Part shown: positions 50,320 through 64,000 of the stretch, piece after piece
Numbering within the stretch: position 1 is the stretch's first letter
Layout of the letters: each line of letters starts with the position of its first letter
Assembly (NCBI GenBank): GCA_013265495.1
Contig: MU058017.1
Location: forward strand, 186,001-250,000
Direction: 5' to 3'
Length of the DNA: 64,000 bases
Source of the DNA: Vicugna vicugna
Taxonomy: Eukaryota
Notes under the pieces: generated by a model
The model's input: the letters and a program-made list of their open reading frames with translations, nothing else
The model's database searches: none
What the model was told of the DNA's origin: nothing
Made by a program: the position numbers and the translations under genes

Positions 50320-51262
50320 AATTTCCCTTTCATAGATATAATTCTGTAATTTGACAAACACAGATGATCATGTGTAACTACCTACCACTATTATCAAGTT
50401 ACAGAACAGTTCTATCAAACCAGAAGAATTCTCCCTCACCTCTCTGGAGTCAATCCCTCCCTCCTTGTCCAGCCAATGATAACCACCTATCTATTCTGTC
50501 CTTATGGTTTTGCCTTTGAAAGAATGTCATATCCATGGAATTATACAGTCATCAGCCTTATAAGCCTTGTTTCTTTCACTAGCACAATACATGTAAGATT
50601 CATCAACCTTGTTACATGTATCAATCGTGTGCTCTTTTTCATTGATGTGTAGTTTTCCATCACCTTGTTAGACCATAGGTGAGAGCCATTTGGGTTGTTT
50701 TCAGTAACTGGCAATTACAAATAAAACCACTATAAACATTCCCATTCAGGTTTTTGGGTGATGTAGGTTTTAATATCTTGAGAATAAGTACTTACGGAAT
50801 GAGATTGCTAGATTTGTATACTAAGTGTATGTTTAACATTATAAGAAACTGCTGAACTGATTTCAAAAGTGGCTGAACCACTTGGCATTTCCATTGGCTT
50901 TGTACTAAAGTTCAAGTTTCTCTATATCCTTGCCCACACTCAGTATCATCAGTTTTTGTTTATATGTTTGTTTGTTTAAGCATTTCTAATTAATGTTCAG
51001 TAATATCTTACATGGTTTTAATTTGCATGTACCAAATGACTAATTATGTTGAGCATGATTTCATGTGCTTATTTACCACCCATATATTTCATTGGTAAAG
51101 TGACAGTTCAGATCTTTTGCCTATTTTTAATTGGGTTATTTTCCTATTATTGCCTTTTCAGTTTCCTTTATATTCTGGGTATAAGCCCTTTATCAGATAT
51201 GCGATTTGAAAATATTTTCCCCTAGATTGTCTTTTCATTCTCCTAACAGTGAATTTGTAAGA
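50320..51262 (-). mobile_element. Old L1 (L1MC-like) 3' end
   Basis: ggttttgcctttgaaagaatgtcatat, tgtttaacattataagaaactgctgaactgatttcaaaagtggctg, ggttttaatttgcatgt..gactaattatgttgagcat, ataagccctttatcagatatg. Confidence 0.85.
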
Positions 51263-51699
51263 GTTACAGGCGTACATTTGAAGCCCACAATTTAGGGTTG
51301 AAAGATAATGGAGCGATGATAAAGATTCACACCTCTTATATGATCTCCATCTTCTCTCAGAATTATTATCATGCTGCAGACACTAGCAAGAGGGGACTGA
51401 AACTTTCAATGTTTTAATAACTTTAATAGAATATTTTGTTCTCTAAAAAGGAGCCTATAATTCTGTTAGAGGGGATATCATCCCCTGTGGCTAAGAAAAA
51501 TGCAAATATGAGGTGTGCCTGTGAAGTAATGAAAGACTAGAAGAGGAGGTAGAAGATTGCAGACCCATGAAACATCTTAGTTTGAAAAAGAAAAGGAGAT
51601 GGAATAGCACGTATCAAAGGACAGTGAACACACACCAATGCCAACAGGACTCCAGCATAGAGCAATATTGTGAGGACATGGACAGTTAATAGTTTCTAC

Positions 51700-52845
51700 T
51701 GGGAGTTAACTTGAGTGCATTAATAGATCACATCAGATTAACCCACTTTCCCTACTTTGGCAGGCAAAAAAAATGTAGATACAAAACATGCAATATCTGC
51801 ATTTTATGAAGTATTCTTTCAATAGCCTGGTTGATAATATGGGAAAATGGGGATGAGATGATCATTCAGTTAATTGCATTTGTAATTTTTTAAGAGACAC
51901 ATGCAATGGGTTCATGTAAAGCTAGAGAGAGCTGGCCTTGATTCTCTCATATCACATAATTTTATCAATGATTCATATAAAAATACGGGAGGTAGGCATT
52001 CTGAATTTGTAGAAAGATGGAAATGATAATAAATTCATACGTGATTATGAGTAATTTAGGGCCCAGTAAAAAGTAAAATCATCTTTACAAGTCAGGCTGA
52101 ATATAATAAGAGGAGTTTTAAAGGAGATATATTTAAAGTTCTGCACTGAGGCCCAGAAAACAGTTTGAGTTCTGAGTAGTGAAGGGCTCAATATGAAGAG
52201 GTAAGGACATGACTTAAGGCTTAAGTCAACAGTAAGCCTCCTATGAGTCAACAATGAAGTATAATGCCCTCAATTCCTAATATGCAATCTTGGGATTTAC
52301 TGATTGAAGTTTATCATGCTAGAATGAGGAAGGATGATACTTCTTTTGGGCACATCTGGAGTTTGTGTCCAATTTGGGGCACTATCCTCCAGAGAGACTA
52401 CAAACTGAAGCATGTTTCTAAGAGCAGTAGTCATCCAGATAATATCAGCAATGACCATAAGAATGGGAGAGGGTGGACTTGTGAGGGAAAAAGTAAAGAC
52501 TCTAGGGGCCAACCGTTGCTGACATAAAATACTGAAAGATTTACAAGTGATTGACTTGCTGAAAATAAAGGGGTTATAACTTTAAGACAATTCCAGAACC
52601 AAGACCAAGGGGAGAAAAGTTCTGGGAGGAGAAAATTTCTGAATAGCTGCTCAAATATGGAATGGATTGCTTTGAAAATTAGTAATTTTTCTTTTTTAAA
52701 AGGAGACATTCAAGAATAAGCCAGATTATCTCCAGGAGAGGATATTATAAAGGAGATTTAAAAATGCAATGAGTAGATGAATAAAATAACTATGAAGGTC
52801 TTATCCAACCTGATGAGTCTGTGTGTCAACGATCATATGATTCTT
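51700..52845 (+). mobile_element. Ancient L3/CR1 LINE relic (RT region to 3' end)
   Basis: CR1-like gggcacatctggagtttgtgtccaatttggggcac (52348-52382), ttttatcaatga, aaagttctgcactgagg, atgagtcaacaatg; terminus gaaggtcttatccaacctgatgagtctgtg (52794-52823). Confidence 0.7.
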
Positions 52846-54239
52846 GTTTAAACTCTCACTTTTCAGAAACTTAGGGGAAGAAAAATGAAAATTAACAAAT
52901 ATGTGGAGGAAAATGGGACTCAGAGCTACAAAAGAATATTTGGAATCAATCTGGAAATGTTTCCAAGAAGTTGCATTTGGACAGTTTGGTTGTTTTTGAA
53001 TTTTGTGTCAAACTGAAAATTAGATTTTAAGATTTTATGAGTTGCAGAGATACTGCATTTTTTACGTGATTTCTTCTACTTGACATTCAAAAGAAATCAT
53101 AAGCAACTGAAATGAAATTCATCAATAAATACAATGTTAAATAGGCAAGAATTTTTCACTAACTATAGTGGGAGCTGTTTAAAGTTTTGGCGAAACTAAA
53201 AAAAAGAAAGAAATATACGGAAAGAAAAAAATCTGTACTTCATAGCTGGGCTCAATATAGATCAACATAGTAATTAATTCCCCAGAACAATCAGGGGAAT
53301 TTAGGTGAATGAGAATTATCTTAAATGGAGTAACAGGTTGCATACAATAGAACACAATAAACTGAAATAACAAAGAAAAATGTATAGGGGTATAACTGAG
53401 CAACAGCAAAAAACATGCATGGTAGGGAAACTGAAAACCACTGAAACGTTGTCGGTATGATTAATCGCAAGCCTTCTCTAAAAAATGATTTACACTAAGT
53501 TTTGACAGGAAATCACCCTGGAATCAGTTTACTCTGGGTTCAGAGTTCAACCAGTTAAATGGCTAAAAACAAACAATCAATTCAGAAGCTGAAAAGTTCA
53601 TGTGTTCTGGAGGTGGAAAATGACAGTGCCAGACACAAAGAAAATAATGAACTGAATTAAAATTTTCCAGTTTTCTATGATTCTTGGCAACACAACCAAA
53701 CACCATTTAGTATAATAACATCTTATGTTATGTATAACACACACACTTATACATACACAAACATATTATATATGTGTATATTTATATATAAAAAAACCTT
53801 TTTTTCCTGTTATTCTTTTTCCTTTATCCTCATCACTCAAGTCTACATTGGGAATAAAAATGTAGAATTTTTACATGTATCTATAGGTCTCAAGTAGTGA
53901 GAAACTCTCATTCATGAGCTTTTAAAGTATAAATAATACCATGACTAGGATTTTGTAGTCATACAGGCTCTGTCTTTATAGCTCATCTGAAAATCCTAAA
54001 ATTCCTTTCCAGGAATTTTCTTTTTTTTTTTTATTTTTTGGTTGTAATCAAGAGTTAGTCTGACACCCAAGCAAAAGAGGTGTCTGTGACAGTGGCGTTC
54101 CTTTGAAAATATATATATATCTCTCTACCATCAAAGAGTCTTCATATTAGAAATGTTATCTTTCTTTATGGTTAAGCATAGTATTCCTCCTATAAATTTC
54201 TTTAACAACCAGAGCTCCGAGAGAAGAGGAAACTATTAA

Positions 54240-54570
54240 GAACTTATTTACAAAATAGAAACAGACTCACAAACATAGAGAACAAACTTGTGGTCACCAG
54301 CGGGGGAAGAGGGTGGGAAGGGATAAATTGCGAGTTTAAAATTTGCAGATACTAACCACTATATATAAAATAGATAAACAACAAGTTCATAATGTATAGC
54401 ACAAGGAACTATATTCAATATCTTGTGTCACTTATGGTTAAAAAAATATGAAAAAGAATATGCGTATGTTCCTGTATGACTGAAGTATTCTGCTGTACAC
54501 CAGAAACTGACACAACATTGTAAATGGACTATACTTCAATAAAAATATTTTTAAAAAAACAAAAATAAAG
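54240..54570 (+). mobile_element. 5'-truncated L1 3'UTR
   Basis: gaacttatttacaaaatagaaacagactcac..gggtgggaagggataaatt..tgctgtacaccagaaactgacacaacattgtaaatggactatacttcaataaaaa. Confidence 0.92.
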
Positions 54571-56149
54571 ACCAAGTTTCTATCAAAAAAAGTTTTTAAA
54601 ACTGATTGCCAATGAATTTGTCTACACCCTTCCTACCCAGCAAGGAGACAGAAGAACGGAGGAACCCCAGATACACATCCCCATGGTCAAGGGGAAGAGG
54701 TAAAGGGGTCAGGAAGGAAAGGGTACGAGAAGGTGAACTCCACAGAACACATCTCTGACAAACCCCACTTCTCTTCTCACCTTTGCTTCAGTAGACCCTG
54801 GTTTTCGTAATGACCGTTCTCAAGTCATCTAGCACAATGAAACTTGGTGGAGCTGATTTTACCTTAGCAATGATCAAAATATGTTTTTTCAATACCATTA
54901 AAAAAAAAAGACTGGATCTCCTCATTTCAGGTTGTCTTCAGGAGAATACTAAAGAAACTCCCCCTGTTGATCAATTCATTTGTTTTTTAAGAAAATTAGG
55001 AAAACTGTATATTCATTAAAGCCCCTGCGCTATTACAGATGCAATGCCATGTGGCTTTGTAGAAGAAATTCTCACAAATACCACCTCCTACATGAAGCCT
55101 TCTCTGATTTCACAAACTTGTTCCCTCTTCATCACATCTTCATGCTCTTCTAGGGCTCTGTAAGCCCTTCTCTTAGCACTTCCTTCATTCAAATGAATCA
55201 TTCAAATTCATCAGTCCAGCTAGAGAGCAAACTGTTATGTTCCCAGCATCTATGCTAGTACTTGGCACAAGGATGACACTTGATGACACTCTGACACAAG
55301 AATGATTAAATATGAAAATATTTGTTACAATATAAGTGCATGTTCCTTGCCTATCTCCTTAGACTATGAGCTCCTTGGCAAATACATTTAATTATAGGAC
55401 AGGGCTGCCCAGCAGTGATGCTTTCTTCCAAGTATCTCCTTTTGGATTATCTGAAATTATTTTTCCCTCATAACTTAGAAAATTTTAAATCTGTTACCTA
55501 ACCCTTAATAATTAGTAGGTGGTGATCCTGTACCACTAGAAAGACAGATTAGATGACTTACTTGGAATTTTTCTTTTTCACAGAACGATTAACAAGTAAA
55601 TATTACACTAACTGGCAATTCAGACTGCAGTTATAATGTCTTCTTTGTCATCACTGCCTTAATTTCATTCTTGTGAAAATATCAATGTGTTTGGGGAGGT
55701 CTCAGGGAAATGAACCAAATCTATTTAGCCAGAACAACTCAATCCTCCTTTCTTTTGAGTCCACAAACTTTTGGTCTGTGGACCAATGTATAAACCATTT
55801 CCCTCCTGCAAAGGAGCCTGGCTCTGCCAAGCCAAACAGCAGACACAAAATCAAGTGGAGTGGGTGCCCTGGCTCTGCCTCCAGGCCCTACCTTTGACTG
55901 GCAACAGGCGTTTTCTCCCTCCTCCCTACATCTTCCACAGGATGTTCACTGACCTCCAGTGGAAGTTCCAAATTCTCTGACAACTGCTCATGGAGGCCAG
56001 TTGGGTTTCTCTTGAGCAGTTTAAATTTCTCAACCCTACCACCTAGTCATGAATAAATTCAGAGGTTATGAAAGTTCTGAAATCAATGGCTTCTCTTTCA
56101 TAAAAAGAGGCTATCTTACTATGCAATCACTGACCAAAATAGCATATAC

Positions 56150-56250
56150 TTTTTTTTTTTACTTAAAATAATTTTTTTAATTATTTGAAGTACCATCAGT
56201 TACAATGGGTCAATTTCAGGTGTACAGCATGTTTCAGTCATACATATAGT
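56150..56250 (-). mobile_element. Very short L1 3' terminal fragment
   Basis: T tract + ttgaagtaccatcagttacaatg..caatttcaggtgtacagcat..tcagtcatacatata. Confidence 0.75.
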
Positions 56251-57799
56251 TTAAGTGAGAGTGAACGTCAGTGTTCAATTTGGGATAGTACTGGATTTAA
56301 GTACTTGTAGTAGGGCCGAAATACATATGCAATAACCCAGATACACACTACACCTTTTACTATTATCTGTAACTTATCTTTCTCTAGAACTCTGATTAAG
56401 GTAGGGGACAAAAAAAGCCCTTTTCCTCCAAGTTAAAATTATTTCCTTTGTGTTAATTCAGTCAATTGTAAGTTTCTCACTTTTATAGGGATTCTCCCCA
56501 ACTCTGCTTCACCTTCCAAAACTGGCACCTAGGTGCAGGGGAGGCTTACATACCCTTTACTGCTATTTTCTTCCCTTTCTAGTACATAGTGATTGATCTG
56601 GTCTTGTCCCTAGGAATCCTTCTATGGTAACTGCTGAGATGAAACTGGGCTCTGGCATGGCAATACTTTAACTTCTGCTGATTCCCTGTCCTGATTTAGT
56701 GCTTAGGTGTCTCCTCCCCAAGACACACAGAAATATTTAGATCCTCTAAAGGCCACATCCAGCCTATAGGTTACCAGCACATCAGGTCTAGTCTACTTGC
56801 CTTGACAGGCAGTTACCTGGTTGGCACCATAATGATACAACAAATACAGAAAGAAAAATTCTATAAGGGGTTGGCTTCAACACTCTGTCTGAAAAGCAAG
56901 GAGCAAGCGCCCCCTACACCAGGAATTGCCCAAAATTATGTAGGTATTTCTTCTTCTCACTTCTACTTCTTGGGGTTTTCTCCAAGAGAGGAAAACTAGT
57001 ACAAATATCTGACTTCTTGTTTCTCTTCCTCCTAACTTACCGTCTCCATGGGAAAACAAAACAAACCACAAAACAAAACACCTAAGTACCCTGATGGGAA
57101 ATTTCCTTACAACAGAATCCAACATTTCTTTACATGACTTATAATAACACTCTGTGAAGCAAGTGGGCCAGGCTTGGGTTTTGATATTTATAATGAAGGA
57201 GAATTAGAAATTTAATAAATCCTCTTCCTTCTCAAGAAAACTAAATTTCAAAACCATTATATAACTATGGACTCAAAATGTCATTTTTGAGACTCATTCC
57301 TGGGGCAAAAAACTTTACAGCTTAGCCTTAATAACAGGAAGCCTTCAGGAAAAGATGATTTAAAAAACAAAATGAAAAACACAACTGTTACATATGTTTT
57401 AAATACTGATATACTTTAGATGTCCTCCTGATAATATGAGAAACAACAGAAATATTATACTAAACCACACCTTCATTCTCTACAATGTGGTCTATTCTAG
57501 ACAGTTGATAAGCAGACAAAGAAAGGCATGACAAACTGCAAATAAGTATCATTTCTCTAAAATCATTTGTATGTGATGTTTTAAAGTAAAACTTGCAGTT
57601 TAAAAAAACAAACCCAACCAACACGTGTAGAGCATGCCATATGTCATGCACTGGAGATCAAGAAATGAATAAAGATTAGTCATATCATTGTCATTTTCTT
57701 GCTTATTCGCTGATATTATTCTTACTCCTTTTTAAACTATCTGTCTCTCTGTCTTATACACACATACCCATAAAGAGCTTATATCTATATTCTATAGCT

Positions 57800-58010
57800 A
57801 AGGCAAGGCAATGATAGTACTTTGCTGATTTTTAATTCTTATGACAAACTCTATGACAAGAAGAGAAAGTGTAAGCTCATACACAGATCATAAAATTGAG
57901 ATTCAGTAAGTTTAGGTAACCTGTGCAAAGTCACTCATTAAGAAGTAATAACTTGAGATTTAAATCTAACTCCTTTGACACTAAGTAGGCTACTTCTTCC
58001 ATGCACCATT
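57800..58010 (-). mobile_element. MIR SINE
   Basis: acagatcataaaattgagattcagtaagtttaggtaacctgtgcaaagtcactc..gagatttaaatctaactcctttgacactaag. Confidence 0.65.
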
Positions 58011-58229
58011 TACATCTCTTTGTTACCAGAATCTCTCCAAGGAATGGGCTAATTTCCCCTCAAGGGCCCCAGGAACATGTAGTTCAGAAGCCTGCATATG
58101 CAAGCCTAAAGGAACAAAGCCAGACACCCTATGTTAGTATATTCTGCATACTGCTGCCTACCAAGCTTGATAATTGTTCCCTAGTATTCTTTTCTATACT
58201 AACAAAACTGTTTTAGGTAAGCACCTGCC

Positions 58230-58488
58230 CTCCCCATCCCCCTTTCCTGCAGCAGACACATCAAAGTCAAGGCAATCCATCACGGACCATGTGGACAAGG
58301 ACAAGCCATAGGGATGGTGAAGCAACAAGGTCAGAGGGGTCCTGGAGCCTGATTCCGTGGAACCATACTGCCCATCTGAACTGCTTAACTCTAGACAGTT
58401 CATAAACAGAAATAAACTTCAATCTTGGTTAGCCACTTTTATTGTTGGTTTCTCTTAGACCAGCTGACCTTATACTTTAACTAATATG
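58230..58488 (+). mobile_element. MaLR (MLT1-type) LTR, 3' part
   Basis: agggatggtgaagcaacaag..cctggagcctga..agaaataaacttcaatcttggttagccact..taactaata. Confidence 0.65.
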
Positions 58489-61123
58489 TTGACCTTCCCA
58501 ATCACTCTTCGGCATATGTTCATATTTAGAAACTACTGACAGTTCTTCATTGCCTACAGAGTGGATACCCAAGCCTGGCTTTCAAGGGTTTTGACAATCA
58601 GGGCCCCATCTACCTTCCCCTCCTTACTTCCACTACTTCTTTTCACTCCAGCCAGACTGATGGACTGCTTGTTTCTTGGACGTGCCTCCATTATCCCTCC
58701 CCCCAAAGACTCTTCCGATTCACTTTCTAACACCCACATCTTTCTTCCTATGTACTGTTGACATTTCACCTTTGAATCCGCAGTATCCTTTGCCCAGAAA
58801 ATGCTTAACAAAGATTCTTTTGTTGAAAAAGAGAAAGCAGAAGAGGTGATTAGAGGAAGAGGAAGAAAAGGAGGAGGAAGAGGAGGAAGATTTAAGAAGA
58901 AAAAGCAGAAGGTGGAAACAGTGGAGAATGGGTGATTGTGTTTTGTTAATGACCATAATGGTGGAATAGTACCAGTGATGGGTTCAAAAAAGAAACTGTA
59001 AAGTTATGAATGCGTGGAAGGAAGCCCTGTGGCCGTAAGTATGTCTTGTATCTTTCATGAGCTTTCTATTTGTTTTTTATTCCTTGGGAAAGCAATTAGG
59101 CAAATAAGAAACATTAAGAAATTGGTTTCCATTCATTTACTGAGCTATTTTTTCCTGTGTAGAGTAATTTGAATAAACCACAAATTAATTTTCTATCAAT
59201 GGTGCCAAAACGTCTTAGAGCACTTTGGGCTATTCAGAGTGGCTATTTGAAACTGTATTTATTTTTCAGGGCAATCTTATTGAAAGTGAAAATCCAGCAT
59301 ATTGGTATATTTAAAAGAAATGCCAACCTGTTTTCACTTAGGACTTCGTGTCTTATTTTCCCCAAGTTGTATCTAGGCAGCATATTAAATTATCTCCCTT
59401 TTAAAGAAAACTTTATTTGTAATGTTGAAAAAGTTAAGGTAGGAAGAATTCACAAAAGAGTCCTATGAAAAAGTGTCAGTTCATTTGAAGGAAGATTGCA
59501 TAAGGTAGTGGTTAACTAAATGTTATTAACCTCAACCAGAGTGTAAGTAAGACTGAACACTGGGATTTTTCTTCTGACTTCAAGTTTCCATGTCTTATCC
59601 CCAAATCTGTATTTCTAAGCATTTCCAATATTCTTGATGGGTATTCCATCAAGGGTATTACTATACTGAACGATGTTTCCTCCAATATTTCCCAAAAGGA
59701 AAGGTAACAAGTGTTCCAGAGCAAAGTATTGTCTGTCCCTATATACAAAGAACAGGGTTCCCCGTGTTAAGCACTGGACCCAAAGCAACTGCTTGTGCTG
59801 TTTCCTTGGTATCAGGCATACCCAGAGGATAAATTTAGCCTGGAGATACTATGAGGCAGCTTGTGGGAGGGCCGCAGTGATCTTGCTTTCAGTGGCTAGA
59901 AAAGGGCAAGACCTTTGGAGAGTAGGACTAAACCAACATGTTTTGATGTGTAGATACCAAAGTCAGTCACAATATCTTTAAACTGGGTTATTTGCATTCC
60001 ACCTAGATACATTATCATCAAAAGCTGATTCAAGTCTGTATTTTCCAGGCCTCCAATATTGTACCATGAATTACAAATAAATTACAGATAAAAATCAGAT
60101 ACAAATACCCGACACTCCCTTACAAGATTAAAACTATAATTCAGGATTTAATATCAACAATTCTTGCACTGATACATCAAGTTCTTTTAGAGTAACAATG
60201 CTATCTTATACTTGTATCACATTTTGTATTTCACATTCATTATTTCATAGTGAGTTGTTTCTGTGATTATCTTGTTAAACTTTTGGAAAACGTGTGATTT
60301 CACATTGCCCATATTTTTATTTAATACATGTTTAATTCGGCAAGCACTAATTGAATACCCACTGTCTTCCAAACTCATGTAACACTCTGAACACACTAAA
60401 GTTAACCAAAATGCTTCTGCATCACCACCTTAGACAAATGATCCATTTTATCACAAATCTCATGTCTATCACACTAATTAACTATACTTTCTTACATATT
60501 TTCAGTAAAAGAAAGGAGGTTAAGAACATACCTAAATCAGTCAAGCTTTGGATGACTAAGATTTTCTTTGGATATGATTCTATAAACTGGTGTAAGCTTA
60601 CAAGCTTTTCTGTTTCAAGTAACTAACTGCCCATCTCAACTCACCAAACGTCATAGAAGAGCTCTGATCTCATGTTCAATGTAGATGAGCAAAATTGTGT
60701 GGCAAGAAGGGATCAGTAACACTGCTTCCTTTCACACAAGGGAGCATTTTCCCCTGATACATTGGGTTTGCATTCATCTGCGGGTGGTTCCCATAGCCAG
60801 AAGCTATCCTTATATGCCCTCAGCTTTTATAACTACTTGCTGCCCACTCTTCTTGTTCCACAGTCACGCCTTAAGGTCTTTTAACCAACTTTTGTCTCCC
60901 AGTTGACCCTTTGCCAGGAATACACCCTAGTCTCATCTTTTTCTCCTAGATAAGCTGCTCTTCTCCATAGACAGTATGTCCAAACAATACCAATTTGTAT
61001 TCCATGACTTTTCCAACAACCCACATCCTCTTAAATGGATGTTTTACTCATATGATCACGATGCTTTTGTTTCCATAGGATTCTCTGAATTGGAGAGTTT
61101 AGAGAGCAATGAGCAGTGCCCTG

Positions 61124-61892
61124 TTTTTCTGTTTTTTTGTTGTTTTGTTTTTAAATTGAAGTATAGTCAGTTTACAATGTTGTATCAATTTCAGGTGTAC
61201 AGCATAAAGTTTCAGTCATTCGTATACATATATATGTTCATTTTCATATTCTTTTTTACTATATGTTCCTACAAGATATTGAATATAGTTCCCTGTGTGG
61301 TATAATAGAAACTTGTTGTTTGTCTATTTTATATATGTTAGTACTTGCAAATTTCAAACTCCCAGTTTATCCCTTCCCACCTCCTTTCTCCTCTGGTAAC
61401 CATGTTTGTTTTCTATGTCTGTGAGTCTGTTTCTGTTTTGTAAGTTTATTTGTGTCTTTTTTTTTTTTAGATTCCACATACAAGTGATAGCATATGGTAT
61501 TTGTCTTTCTCTTTCTGGCTTACTTCACTTAGAATGACGATCTCCAGGTCCATACATGTTGCTGCAAATGGCATTATTTTATTCTTTTTTATTGCCAAGT
61601 ACTATTCCATTGTATAAATATACAGAAATTTAGGTTGTTTCCATGTCTTGGCTATTGTATATAGTGCTGCTATGAACACTGGAGTGCATGTATCTCTTTC
61701 AATTAAGGTTCCCTCTGGATATATGTCCAGGGGTGGGATTGCTGGATGATATAGTAAGTCTATTTTTAGTCTTTTGAGGAATCTCCATACTGTTTTCCAT
61801 AATGGTTGCACATTCCCACCAACGGTGTAGGAGGATTCCCTTTTCTCCACAACTTCCCCAGCATTTATCATTTGTGGACTTTTTAATGATGC
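61124..61892 (-). mobile_element. 5'-truncated L1 3' end with clear TSD
   Basis: ORF2 C-terminal peptide at 61602-61871 ([32 protein letters not shown]). TSD cagtgccctg at 61114-61123 and 61893-61902. Confidence 0.95.
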
Positions 61893-61924
61893 CAGTGCCC
61901 TGGTTTTTAAATCATAGGCTTAAG

Positions 61925-62125
61925 AGCTAAGATTTGTTGGATGCTTGCATTGTGCTAGGTGTCATGATAGGACTCTCATTTAAGCTCCATCATAATTTTT
62001 GGAGGACCTTATTAATATACAATATGGATGAGGAAATATCCTCAGACAGTTAAATCGCTTGCCCAAATGGCTTGCTCATGGTAGGTCAAATGTAGACTTT
62101 AACCTACATCTTGTAGACTGGGAAC
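61925..62125 (-). mobile_element. MIR SINE
   Basis: tttgttggatgcttgcattgtgctaggtg..atggatgaggaaatatcctcagacagttaaatcgcttgcccaa. Confidence 0.65.
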
Positions 62126-64000
62126 CATTCATGGTGCAGCCAGGAGACCAGGAGAATGTCTGTACCTGGTAATTCAAAAGATGAAGTCTGTCATGGGGTA
62201 TTTGTCCCAAAAGTGTTAGAAGGGCCCAAAGGGCAAGCATGGATGGGAAGCAACCAGGAGTTTCCAACTATAAGAGGCTTCTATCATCCCCAGAGTTGGC
62301 TGGACAAAGGGAGGGAGGGATGTAACCAGAGCTCAGGAGTCGAAGACATGGTAGATTCTGGAAACCAGCAGCTCAGACAATAAAAGTTTGGACCATGGAA
62401 GAACAAGCTGTCTGGCAGGGATTGGAGCTTTACAAGACACAGTCACAAGTAAAGATACCCCTGAAGCAGAGAGGTGGAAAGAAATACCCTGGATTACTCC
62501 TTCCTCTGTCCCTCATGTCTCCTGCCAGTGGCTCCCAGTGCCACTCCTAGGGAGAAGCTGATTGATGAAGAAGTCTTGGAAATAACAAGGATAGCTTCTC
62601 TGCAGCACAGAGAGGGGAGCAGAGGAAAGACAGAAAATGGGTTTGATAATAAACAGGCAACAGTCTACCTGACTCCAAAATCCATACTGACTTCACCAAG
62701 ACATGACTGCTGCCCTCCATGATTTGCATCCAGTACTGATAACTTAGTACAACCTGTAACTGAGACAGACTAGCCATCTACTTGTCAATGGAATAATGCC
62801 TCTTCTTCCTCCTAAGCACAGCCAAGCACTCTATACAGTGACCGGAACATAATGGGAACTCAGCGACTATTAGTGGTTTTTTCCCTCTCTTTCAAATGTT
62901 GTATAAGTTCAAGTGATCTACGATAGTGAAAAAATAAACAAAAGGCATGGATATCAAGTAACTAAATATTAAAAAGAGACATAATTCTTTCCTATGATTC
63001 AAAGAAGGTAAGAGAAGAGAATAATTTTTCAGTTTTGGCCTTTATGTGACATTATTTCACAAAATTCATTGCTAAGTGGCTCCATGGCTCAAATGACCAC
63101 AAGTTCAAAATACAAGCCAAAAAGCTGTCTAGGTAGCCTGGGAGGCCTTAGTGGAGCTGACTGTCACTTACTACTCAGCCCCCACTTCCCTCCTCCCAAA
63201 GGGAAGAGAATGCCGATACCACTTTCATGCCGTTGAAGTCACTTGCTCAGCCTCTTCGTTATACCAGTTGATATTATTGTTGGAATTCATTACTTCTCAA
63301 GTGTCCTCTATTTAATCTATTTCACATTCATAAGGAATATGAAATCCAAAACCAGCATAGACTAAATTATACTCATTATTTGATCTTAAAAGTAATTCCT
63401 TAACATATGGAAGAGGAAACATTTGGGGAAAACGTCAATGGGTCTGGAGCATCAGAGTGACAAAGTTCCTAATGCTGGCTACTCCCCCAAACATATTTAA
63501 TCCCTTCATTACAAAAATTACATGAGAAATTTCATAAGAACCATCTTACTAGCAGAATTCTAGGTATTTCCTGTTCCCAAGGGCAGAGAAATACTGCAAA
63601 ATCAACATTTTTTTTAATGACATTTCAGTACTGTCTCTCTTGGCTGAAAACATAAAAAGCAAGAGACACATATAAAAAGGAAAAAGGAAGAAAGTTAAAC
63701 ATTTTGAGCCCTTGAATAGTTGATTTTTATGTTAAACCTTTAATCCAATTTGTACTATCCAACCAAGTCTGCCCATCCCTGGTGACAACATAATGAATAA
63801 ATTAAAATAAATACTTCTGCTTCTTCTAAGTTTAATTCTTTCATGACTACTATAATGAGAAATAAATATTACCATTTCAGTGTGAATTCCAAGCACCACT
63901 TGATTGTTTGGCTGTTTGTATATTTTAAAATAAAATTCTATCTGCTACTGTTCATTTGGAATATAATCTTAGATAAGCTCGTTTGAACTAGTGGCAAATT

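Noticed and set aside
1..64000. CRISPR array, operon or prokaryotic/viral defence system
   Set aside because: No repeat-spacer arrays, gene-dense regions or ERV internal genes were seen; the sequence is repeat-rich mammalian DNA.

Overview
AT-rich, CpG-depleted, repeat-dense mammalian DNA that looks intergenic or deep intronic. It is most likely camelid, based on a Vic-1-type tRNA-Ala SINE at ~34.1 kb. I find no intact protein-coding gene, RNA gene, CRISPR array or prokaryotic system. About 5.2-22.5 kb is a stack of co-oriented (+) LINE-1 pieces, including two elements that keep their 5'UTRs. The most unusual object is a processed CCT8 (TCP-1 theta) pseudogene at ~8631-10254 (-). It lies antisense inside an L1, replaces ~1.5 kb of L1 ORF2, has no poly(A) tail or target-site duplication (TSD), and is joined by microhomology. 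It also contains a ~105-bp inverted patchwork (9510-9614) stitched from three separate parts of the same pseudogene. The rest of the window holds old L1, L2, MIR, L3/CR1 and MaLR/ERVL LTR relics, a Tigger1-type MITE, a diverged ~300-bp local duplication and a few repeat-free islands with regulatory-looking motifs. Repeat family names were assigned by eye against remembered consensus sequences and need RepeatMasker/Dfam confirmation. Boundaries of old repeats are approximate.
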